Below are positions 31,782-38,063 of a stretch of DNA of 38,063 nt, one piece after another. Source of the stretch: Chloroflexota bacterium. Lineage in GTDB: Bacteria > Chloroflexota > Limnocylindria > QHBO01. The first letter of the stretch is position 1. Every line of letters begins with the position of its first letter. The notes beneath the pieces were generated by a model. That model saw only the letters and a list, made by a program, of their open reading frames with translations, was not told the DNA's origin and made no database searches. The stretch lies in assembly GCA_005879815.1 (NCBI GenBank), contig VBKA01000003.1, positions 1 to 38,063 on the forward strand. The letters are read 5' to 3'. Both the position numbers and the translations under genes were made by a program.

Positions 31782-32357
31782 ATGGACGACGTGCGAGCCG
31801 GCCACGAGATCGAGGAAGCGATCCGGACACTCCTGGCGGAGATCGGCGAGGATCCGGAGCGTGCCGGGCTCACTGGGACACCCGCACGCGTCTCGCGGAT
31901 GTACGACGAGCTCACCTCCGGCTATCGGACCGATCCCGATGCGCTGATCAACGGCGCTTGCTACCAGGTCGAGTACGACGAGATGGTGGTCGTGCGGGAG
32001 ATCGAGTTCTATTCGCTGTGTGAGCACCACCTGCTGCCCTTCTTCGGTCGTGCGCATGTGGGCTATCTGCCGCGCGGCACGGTCATCGGCCTCTCGAAGA
32101 TTCCGCGCATCGTGGAGATGTACGCCAAGCGCTTGCAGCTCCAGGAGCGGATGACTACCCAGGTCGCGGAGTTCCTGATGGAGCGGCTGGGCGCCAAGGG
32201 CGTCGGCTGCGTCGTCGAAGCGAGCCATCTGTGCACCATGATGCGCGGGGTCAAGAAGGAGGAGGCGCGGATGGTGACCAGCTCGATGCTCGGCACCTTC
32301 CGTCGCGACGGCCGCACGCGGAATGAGTTCCTGCGCCTGATCGGGAAGGCGCTATAG
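31782..32357 (+). CDS. folE: GTP cyclohydrolase I (FolE type I)
   Basis: TPARVSRMY, the zinc/catalytic motif FYSLCEHHLLPFFG, GLSKIPRIVEMYAKRLQLQERMT, and EASHLCTMMRGV are all present. Confidence 0.95.
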   Translation: MDDVRAGHEIEEAIRTLLAEIGEDPERAGLTGTPARVSRMYDELTSGYRTDPDALINGACYQVEYDEMVVVREIEFYSLCEHHLLPFFGRAHVGYLPRGTVIGLSKIPRIVEMYAKRLQLQERMTTQVAEFLMERLGAKGVGCVVEASHLCTMMRGVKKEEARMVTSSMLGTFRRDGRTRNEFLRLIGKAL

Positions 32358-32360
32358 CGC

Positions 32361-32666
32361 ATGCCCTACGCGCCGCTGCTGAGCGAGGAAGAGATCGCCT
32401 CCAGCCTCGCGGCATTGCCGGATTGGAGCCGGCAAGGCAACGCCATCACGCGAATGGTCCAATGCGAGTCTTTTCGTGCCGCCGTCGCGCTTGTCGGAAG
32501 GATCGCCGACGCCGCAGAAGCGGCGAATCACCATCCCGACATCCTGATCCGATGGCGTCGCGTCACACTGACGCTCTCCACCCACGCCTCGGGCGGACTG
32601 ACCGCCAAGGACTTCGCGCTTGCCGCGGAGATCGACCGGCTGGCGGCTAGAATCGGCGCCGCATGA
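32361..32666 (+). CDS. 4a-hydroxytetrahydrobiopterin (pterin-4-alpha-carbinolamine) dehydratase family protein
   Basis: 101 aa. L..W...........F.F..F..A......IA..AE..NHHPD......V...L.TH...GLT..D..LA..ID pattern with the HHPD motif. Confidence 0.9.
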   Translation: MPYAPLLSEEEIASSLAALPDWSRQGNAITRMVQCESFRAAVALVGRIADAAEAANHHPDILIRWRRVTLTLSTHASGGLTAKDFALAAEIDRLAARIGAA

Positions 32667-33088
32667 CCGCTGATGCCGGTGAGGAGCGCGTCGCGCCGAT
32701 CCGCGTGCTCATCGCGAAACCCGGGCTCGACGGCCACGACCGCGGCGCCAAGGTGCTCGCTCGGGGACTCCGCGACGAGGGCTTCGAGGTGATCTACACC
32801 GGTTTGCGTCAGACGCCGGAGATGATCGCGGATGCCGCCGAGCAGGAGGACGTGGACGTCGTGGGACTCTCGATCCTGTCCGGGGCGCACATGACGCTCC
32901 TTCCCCGAATCGTGGAGATGATTCGCAGCCGGCAGATGGACGACGTGCTGATCGCGGCCGGGGGCATCATTCCGGATGCCGACATCGGTCCGCTCAAGGA
33001 GGCGGGCATCGCGGAGATCTTCGGCCCCGGTACGCGGATCGGCGACATCGCGCGCTACTTCCGCGAGCACGCGCGCACGCGCACCTGA
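32663..33088 (+). CDS. acyl-CoA mutase small subunit, cobalamin (B12)-binding domain
   Basis: [35 protein letters not shown] carries the DxHxxG base-off/His-on motif, followed by SILSGAH and GGIIP. The ATG overlaps the PCD stop (ATGA). TAGAAT lies 9 nt upstream. Confidence 0.9.
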   Translation: MTADAGEERVAPIRVLIAKPGLDGHDRGAKVLARGLRDEGFEVIYTGLRQTPEMIADAAEQEDVDVVGLSILSGAHMTLLPRIVEMIRSRQMDDVLIAAGGIIPDADIGPLKEAGIAEIFGPGTRIGDIARYFREHARTRT

Positions 33089-33091
33089 CCC

Positions 33092-34009
33092 GTGGCTGAC
33101 GGGCCGGCGCTGCTGACGGCGGCCGTCGGGGGCGATCGACGGGCGCTGGCCCGCCTCCTGACCGGGATCGAGAACGAGGACCCCGCCGTCCGGGCGCTCC
33201 TGCCCCGGATCTTCGCGGCTTCCCGGGGAGCGCATCTGGTGGGCATCACCGGGCCGCCCGGAGCGGGCAAATCGACGCTGGTGACGTCGGTGGCACGCGA
33301 GTATCGGAAGCGGGGCCGGCGAGTCGGGATCGTGGCCGTCGATCCCACGTCTCCCCACACAGGCGGCGCCATCATGGGCGACCGGATCCGCATGATGGAG
33401 CACGCCGCGGACCGCGACGTCTTCATGCGCAGCATGGCCAGCCGCGGCGAGCTCGGCGGGATCGCGGCCGCCACGTGGCTCGTCGCGGCGGCGCTGGACG
33501 CGGCCGGCTACGACCCGGTCCTGGTCGAGACGGTCGGCGCCGGCCAGGCGGAGCTGGAGGTCGCGCGGCTGGCCGAAACCACCGTCGTCGTGGAGGTTCC
33601 CGAGATGGGGGATGAGATCCAGGCGATCAAGGCCGGCCTGCTCGAGGTGGCCGACGTGGTGACCGTCAACAAGGCCGATCGCCCGGGCGCGGAGCGCTCC
33701 GCCCGCCAGCTTCGCGCCATGCTCGCGGGCGCCGGTGGCCGCTTCGCGGCTCCGCCGCCGATCCTGCTCACGATCGCCACGACAGGTGAGGGCGTAGCAC
33801 CGCTCGTCGACGCCATCGAGGCGGATCGGGCGCGCGCCCGCTCGCCCGACCAGGCGCGCACAAGGGCCCGCAACCAGCTCGTGAGAGCCGTCACAGAACG
33901 ATCTCGACGCCGCGCCCAGGGGAGTCCGGAGTGGGACGCGACCGTCGATGACATCGTGGAACGCCTCGTCGACCCGATCACCGCCGCGGACCGCCTGCTC
34001 GAAACGTGA
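33092..34009 (+). CDS. meaB: MeaB/ArgK-type G-protein chaperone for B12-dependent acyl-CoA mutases
   Basis: SIMIBI GTPase: P-loop GITGPPGAGKSTL, GIVAVDPTSPHTGGAIMGDRIRM (the MeaB switch region), ETVGAGQ, and NKAD. Confidence 0.9.
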   Translation: MADGPALLTAAVGGDRRALARLLTGIENEDPAVRALLPRIFAASRGAHLVGITGPPGAGKSTLVTSVAREYRKRGRRVGIVAVDPTSPHTGGAIMGDRIRMMEHAADRDVFMRSMASRGELGGIAAATWLVAAALDAAGYDPVLVETVGAGQAELEVARLAETTVVVEVPEMGDEIQAIKAGLLEVADVVTVNKADRPGAERSARQLRAMLAGAGGRFAAPPPILLTIATTGEGVAPLVDAIEADRARARSPDQARTRARNQLVRAVTERSRRRAQGSPEWDATVDDIVERLVDPITAADRLLET

Positions 34010-34251
34010 TCCACCACGTGCAGCTGGCGGCTCCTTGCGGCAGCGAGGACGCGCAGCGGGGGTTCTGGACGAGGACGCTGGGGTTTGCCGAGGTCGAGAA
34101 ACCGCCCGTTCTCAGCGGCCGTGGTGGCTGCTGGTTCCGTCGAGACGGCATGGAGGTGCACGTTGGAATCGACGACGAGTTCCAGCCAGCCCGCAAGGCG
34201 CACCCCGCGTTCGCGGTTGATGACCTCGAGCAGCCGCCGGTCGCTGGTTGA
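34006..34251 (+). CDS. VOC (glyoxalase/bleomycin-resistance/dioxygenase) family fragment, single beta-alpha-beta-beta-beta module, possibly truncated
   Basis: IHHVQLAAPCGSEDAQRGFWTRTLGFAEVEKPPVLSGRGGCWF...EVHVGIDDEFQPARKAHPAFAV fits the first module of a VOC protein. The ORF stops at 81 aa, and the next gene starts 22 nt later, so there is no room for the second module. The GTG overlaps the meaB stop (GTGA). Confidence 0.45.
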   Translation: MIHHVQLAAPCGSEDAQRGFWTRTLGFAEVEKPPVLSGRGGCWFRRDGMEVHVGIDDEFQPARKAHPAFAVDDLEQPPVAG

Positions 34252-34273
34252 TCGCTGGTAGGCTAGCGGCCCA

Positions 34274-35149
34274 ATGAGCATCGACCGCGTCTTCGTCATT
34301 GGCGCCGGCCTGATGGGGCACGGCATCGCCCAGGTGAGCGCCACAGCCGGCAAGCAGGTCACCCTCTCCGACCGCACCGCGGAGCTGGCGAACAAGGGCC
34401 GCGACCGAATCGCCGGCAACCTGGCGCGCCTGGTCGAGAAGGGGAAGCTCGATCAATCGCAGGCGGAGGCGATCCTGGGCCGCGTCGCCACCGCGGTCGG
34501 CCCCGACGGCGCCGCTGGCCACGACCTCGTCATCGAGGCCGTCTTCGAGGACGAAGCGCTCAAGCGCGAGACCTGGGTTGCGCTCACGAAGGCGGCCGAC
34601 CCGGACGCGGTCTTCGCGACCAACACCAGCAGCATCTCCATCACAGGGCTCGCCACCGCCACCGATCGGCCGCCGCGTTTCATCGGCCTTCATTTCTTCT
34701 CGCCGGTCCCGGTCATGCAGCTGATCGAGATCATTCGCGGGCTCGAGACCGATGACGACACGTACGACGCCTGTCGAGCCTTCGCCCAGGACCTTGGCAA
34801 GATCGTCATCGAGTCGAAGGACATGCCGGGCTTCCTCGTCAACCGGATGCTCGGCCCGTTCATCAACGAGGCAGTCTTCGCCCTGATGGAGTCCACGGGC
34901 AGCGCTGAGGACATCGACACGGGCGCCAAGCTGGGCCTCAACCACCCGATGGGTCCGCTCGAGCTCGCCGATTTCGTGGGCAACGACGTGATGCTGGGCG
35001 TGCTCGACGTCCTGTACCGCGGCTTTGGTGATCCAAAGTTCCGCGCCGCGCCGCTCCTGCGCCAGATGGTCACCGCTGGTCACCTGGGGCGGAAGACAGG
35101 ACGGGGCTTCTACCGCTACGACGAGAAGGGCAACCGGCTGGGTCGATGA
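34274..35149 (+). CDS. hbd: 3-hydroxybutyryl-CoA dehydrogenase (3-hydroxyacyl-CoA dehydrogenase, NAD-binding)
   Basis: VFVIGAGLMGHGIAQV Rossmann start, EAVFEDEALK, TNTSS, HFFSPVPVMQLIEI, PGFLVNR, and GLNHPMGPLELADFVG. Confidence 0.9.
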   Translation: MSIDRVFVIGAGLMGHGIAQVSATAGKQVTLSDRTAELANKGRDRIAGNLARLVEKGKLDQSQAEAILGRVATAVGPDGAAGHDLVIEAVFEDEALKRETWVALTKAADPDAVFATNTSSISITGLATATDRPPRFIGLHFFSPVPVMQLIEIIRGLETDDDTYDACRAFAQDLGKIVIESKDMPGFLVNRMLGPFINEAVFALMESTGSAEDIDTGAKLGLNHPMGPLELADFVGNDVMLGVLDVLYRGFGDPKFRAAPLLRQMVTAGHLGRKTGRGFYRYDEKGNRLGR

Positions 35150-36327
35150 GCGCGGCCGTCTCCGTCCATCGGCCGGACCCTTTCGCCCTCTCGCCGGAGG
35201 AGCGCCAGATCCGCGACACGGTGCGTGAATTCGCGCAACGCGAGCTCGCCCCCACGGTCGCCCAGCGTGACGAGGAGGAGCGCTACGACCGCTCGCTCTT
35301 CGAGCGGATGGCCTCGCTGGGCCTCACCGGCCTGCCCTACCCGGAGGAATTCGGCGGAGCGGGGATGGGCACCTTCGCCTGGATCCTCGCCTGCGAGGAG
35401 ATCGCCGCGGCCGACATGGGGATGGCGATCAGCCTGTCGGTCCACATCCTCGCCCAGCTGCCGATCCTGGTGTTCGGCAGCGCCGAGCAGAAGCAGCGCT
35501 TCCTTCCGCCGATGATGGCCGGCCGGCACCTGGGCGCCTTTGCCCTGACGGAGCCCGGCGCGGGCTCGGACGCGGCGGCCCTGGCTCTGCTCGCCGAACG
35601 GACCGATGGGGGCTACGCGCTCTCCGGCAGCAAGATCTGGATCACCAACGGCCAGGAGTCGGAGGTGACCATCGTCTTCGCCACTGTCGATCGCTCTCGC
35701 GGACGCGACGCGATCACCGCCTTCGTCGTCGAGCGGGAGACGCCAGGATTCCGGGTCGCGGGCCACGAACGGAAGATGGGGATCCGCGACTCGGTCTCCG
35801 CGGAGCTGGTCTTCGAGCGGGCACTGGTGCCGGAGGCGAACCGACTCGGTGAGGAGGGGGATGGGCTCAAGGTCGCCCTCTCGGCGCTGGGGGCGGGAAG
35901 GATCAGCATCGCTGCAGCCTGTGTGGGCCTGGCCCGATCGGCGATGGAGCACGCGGGCCGATACGCGCTGCAGCGGACGCAGTTCGGTCGAGCGATCGCC
36001 GACCAGGAGATGATCCAGGCCATGCTCGCGGATGCCGCCACTCGGGTGGAGGCGTCCCGCCTGCTCACTTGGCGCGCCGCGCGGATCCGCGACGCGGGCG
36101 GGCCGATCAACGCTCCGAGCAGCATGGCCAAGATGTTCGCGTCCGACACGGCCATGCAGGTGACCACCGATGCGGTCCAGATCTACGGTGGTGCGGGATA
36201 CAGCCGTGACAACCCGGTCGAGCGGCTGATGCGCGATGCGAAGGGAGCGCAGATCTACGAGGGCACCAACCAGATCCATCGGCTGATCGTGGCGCAGCAG
36301 CTGCTCGAAGCCCTGAGGCGCGGGTAG
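35146..36327 (+). CDS. acyl-CoA dehydrogenase (butyryl-CoA dehydrogenase-like)
   Basis: The ATG overlaps the hbd stop (ATGA). LTEPGAGSDA, YALSGSKIWITNG, and QIYGGAGYSRDNPVERLMRDAKGAQIYEGTNQI, with a catalytic Glu in the YEGT context. Confidence 0.9.
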   Translation: MSAAVSVHRPDPFALSPEERQIRDTVREFAQRELAPTVAQRDEEERYDRSLFERMASLGLTGLPYPEEFGGAGMGTFAWILACEEIAAADMGMAISLSVHILAQLPILVFGSAEQKQRFLPPMMAGRHLGAFALTEPGAGSDAAALALLAERTDGGYALSGSKIWITNGQESEVTIVFATVDRSRGRDAITAFVVERETPGFRVAGHERKMGIRDSVSAELVFERALVPEANRLGEEGDGLKVALSALGAGRISIAAACVGLARSAMEHAGRYALQRTQFGRAIADQEMIQAMLADAATRVEASRLLTWRAARIRDAGGPINAPSSMAKMFASDTAMQVTTDAVQIYGGAGYSRDNPVERLMRDAKGAQIYEGTNQIHRLIVAQQLLEALRRG

Positions 36328-38063
36328 TGGCCGAGTCGATGACGGATCCGCGGGTGGATCCGAGGGTGGCGACTCGGGTCGCGGCTCGGGTCGGGCCGCA
36401 GGTCGCGCCGTTCGAGCCGCTCGAGGTCGAGGGCGAGCCGGCCGCGAATCTCGTGGACCTGGTGCATCGGTCTGTCCTCGCACAGCCGGACCACGTGGCC
36501 CTGCGCTGGAAGCCGGCGCGCGGCCACCGCCAATCCGGAGAAGGCGACCCCAGGAAACCGGTCGCCTGGCGCACCAGCACCTACCGTGAGACGTGGGATT
36601 GGATCCGCGACGTTTCGCTCGGGCTGCAGTCGCTGGGCGTCGCCGCCGGCGACACGGTGTGCATCGTATGCCGGACCCGTCCCGAATGGCTGGTGGTCGA
36701 CCTCGCCAGCATGGCGCTCGGAGCGGTGACCTGCCCCATCTATCCCAGCTCCGAGGCGGGGCAGACGGCGTTCATCATCAACAACGTCCACGCCACGCTT
36801 GCAGTGGTCGAGAACGCGCAGCAGGCGACCAAGATCGAGTCTGTCCGCGCCGAGTGCCCGACGATCCAGAAGCTGGTGGTCATCGACGACAGAGGCACGC
36901 TGCCGAGTGACGCGACCACGCTTGATGACGTGATCGAGCTGGCGCCCAAGGACCCCGACCACCGCCGCGTCTGGGAAGAGGGCTGCCGGAGGATCACACG
37001 CGACCAGCTGGCGACGATCATCCACACTTCCGGCACGACCGCCAACCCGAAAGGCGTGATGCTGACGCACGGCAACATGGTCTACAACTACGAGGCGGTC
37101 AACCAGGTCGTCGACTTCTATCCGAGCGACGTCTTCCTGTCGTGGCTTCCCCTGAGCCATAGCTACGAGCGCGTGGCTGGCATGGTCGTCCCGCTGGCCC
37201 GCGGATGCGGGATCGCCTACGCGGAGCCACTCATCGAGCGCCTGCCGGCCAACATGGTCGAGGTGCGGCCGACGGTGATGGTCGCCGTGCCGCGCCTCTA
37301 TGAGCGCCTTTACGCGCGAGTCCTCTCAGCGGTCGAGGAGGCGTCCGCGATTCGGCAGCGCATCTTCTGGTGGGCCGCTGGGCTTGGGAAGCGCAAGTAC
37401 GCGAACCACCTCGAGGGGCGCTCGGATTCGCCGTGGCTCAGGCTGCAGCTCCGGATCGCGGACGTGCTCGTCTTCGGCCGCATCCGGGCGCGGACCGGCG
37501 GCCGGGTCCGCTATTTCGTCTCCGGATCCGCGCCGCTGTCGCGCGAGATCGGCGAGTTCTTCTACGCCATGGGCATGCTGGTGCTGGAGGGATACGGACT
37601 CACCGAGACGGCGCCGTTCGTGTCCATCAACCGCCCGGATGACTTCGTGTTCGGAACCGTGGGCCGACCTGCCCCGGGAACCGAGGTCAACGTCGACCCC
37701 GACACGGGCGAGATCCTGGTTCGTGGCCCGCAGGTGATGCGCGGCTATGTGAACGACCCGGCCGAGACCGCCAGGGCGATCGATGGCGACGGCTGGTTCC
37801 ATACCGGTGACATCGGCGAGCTCGACGAGATCGGTCGCATCACGATCACCGACCGCCTGAAGAACATCATCGTGCTGGCCAACGGCAAGAACGTCAGCCC
37901 GGCGCCCATGGAGGCAGCGCTGTCGACCTCGAAGTACGTGGCGCAGGCCATCATCCTCGGGGATCGCCAGCCCTACACCGGAGTGCTGGTCGCGCCCGAC
38001 TTCGACGAACTGCGCGGCTGGGCTCGCACCAACGGCCTGGGCGATGCCGGACCCGATGCGCTG
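36327..38063 (+). CDS. long-chain acyl-CoA synthetase (AMP-forming, FadD15-like), 3'-truncated by the window edge
   Basis: This gene is not on the supplied ORF track because it has no stop within the window. I translated it by hand: the frame is open from GTG 36327 (or ATG 36339) to base 38063. AMP-binding motifs are present: IIHTSGTTANPKGVMLTHGN, EGYGLTETAP, WFHTGDIG, and ITDRLKNIIVLANGKNVSP. Confidence 0.85.
   Translation, partial: MAESMTDPRVDPRVATRVAARVGPQVAPFEPLEVEGEPAANLVDLVHRSVLAQPDHVALRWKPARGHRQSGEGDPRKPVAWRTSTYRETWDWIRDVSLGLQSLGVAAGDTVCIVCRTRPEWLVVDLASMALGAVTCPIYPSSEAGQTAFIINNVHATLAVVENAQQATKIESVRAECPTIQKLVVIDDRGTLPSDATTLDDVIELAPKDPDHRRVWEEGCRRITRDQLATIIHTSGTTANPKGVMLTHGNMVYNYEAVNQVVDFYPSDVFLSWLPLSHSYERVAGMVVPLARGCGIAYAEPLIERLPANMVEVRPTVMVAVPRLYERLYARVLSAVEEASAIRQRIFWWAAGLGKRKYANHLEGRSDSPWLRLQLRIADVLVFGRIRARTGGRVRYFVSGSAPLSREIGEFFYAMGMLVLEGYGLTETAPFVSINRPDDFVFGTVGRPAPGTEVNVDPDTGEILVRGPQVMRGYVNDPAETARAIDGDGWFHTGDIGELDEIGRITITDRLKNIIVLANGKNVSPAPMEAALSTSKYVAQAIILGDRQPYTGVLVAPDFDELRGWARTNGLGDAGPDAL

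Noticed and set aside
34250-34268. A second iron-box-like sequence (CGCTGGTAGGCTAGCGGCC) upstream of hbd.
   Set aside because: It matches only about 9 of 19 consensus positions. The resemblance is limited to the central GGCTAGC, and TAGGCT there is better explained as a -10-like hexamer.
1-38063. A search for tRNA, rRNA, CRISPR repeats, IS elements, integrases, phage genes, toxin-antitoxin pairs and known defence-system genes.
   Set aside because: I found none. There are no regularly spaced direct repeats, no cloverleaf-like intergenic sequences, and no transposase or recombinase motifs. Intergenic regions are short, at most 240 bp.

Overview
This is a very GC-rich bacterial chromosomal segment; third codon positions in the real genes are almost all G/C. 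I support about 41 protein-coding genes, one partial at each window edge. I found no rRNA, tRNA, CRISPR array, transposase, integrase or phage gene, so this looks like core chromosome rather than a mobile island. Three signals suggest an actinobacterium-like lineage, which is inference only: an MshC-like cysteine ligase, a DtxR/IdeR-type iron box, and many TANNNT-N6-9-start-codon (leaderless-type) gene starts.

Gene content, left to right:
- EamA transporter (partial), then an FTR1/EfeU iron permease with an iron box, and an acyl-CoA dehydrogenase.
- A penicillin-acylase-family Ntn hydrolase coupled to a 4-TM protein.
- An operon of an MshC/CysS-family ligase, a membrane protein and an S9 peptidase.
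- An ornithine cyclodeaminase-family protein and a secreted SpoIID-like protein with a Pro/Thr linker.
- A 5'-3' exonuclease and a GNAT acetyltransferase.
- Two large GT-C-like polytopic membrane proteins.
- A B12 acyl-CoA mutase large subunit next to a glutamate-dehydrogenase paralog.
- A phosphotriesterase-family protein, a PHP-domain protein and a dodecin.
- An RGG/RHH/winged-helix hypothetical protein and a DPBB-like secreted protein.
- A DUF1684 protein coupled to a zinc-ribbon membrane protein.
- An OpuC/OpuB-type osmoprotectant ABC transporter, tightly coupled to a GT-C-like membrane protein and a NERD-like protein.
- A plus-strand operon of folE, a pterin dehydratase, the mutase B12-binding subunit, MeaB, a VOC fragment, 3-hydroxybutyryl-CoA dehydrogenase, an acyl-CoA dehydrogenase and an acyl-CoA synthetase. 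The synthetase is partial and absent from the supplied ORF track.

Most interesting observations:
1. The GDH-family paralog has its catalytic lysine (GGxKGG) and its glutamate-binding lysine (GPAKGG) replaced.
2. The mutase carries the isobutyryl-CoA-mutase-type Phe/Gln signature rather than the methylmalonyl-CoA-mutase Tyr/Arg pair. It is encoded 14 kb from its B12 subunit and G-protein chaperone.
3. NERD-like, GT-C-like and Opu ABC genes form one translationally coupled operon.
4. A 16/19 match to the IdeR/DtxR iron box sits in front of the iron permease.
5. Leaderless-type promoter-to-start architecture is pervasive and helps fix start codons.

All family assignments come from motif recognition by eye. 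No database search was run.
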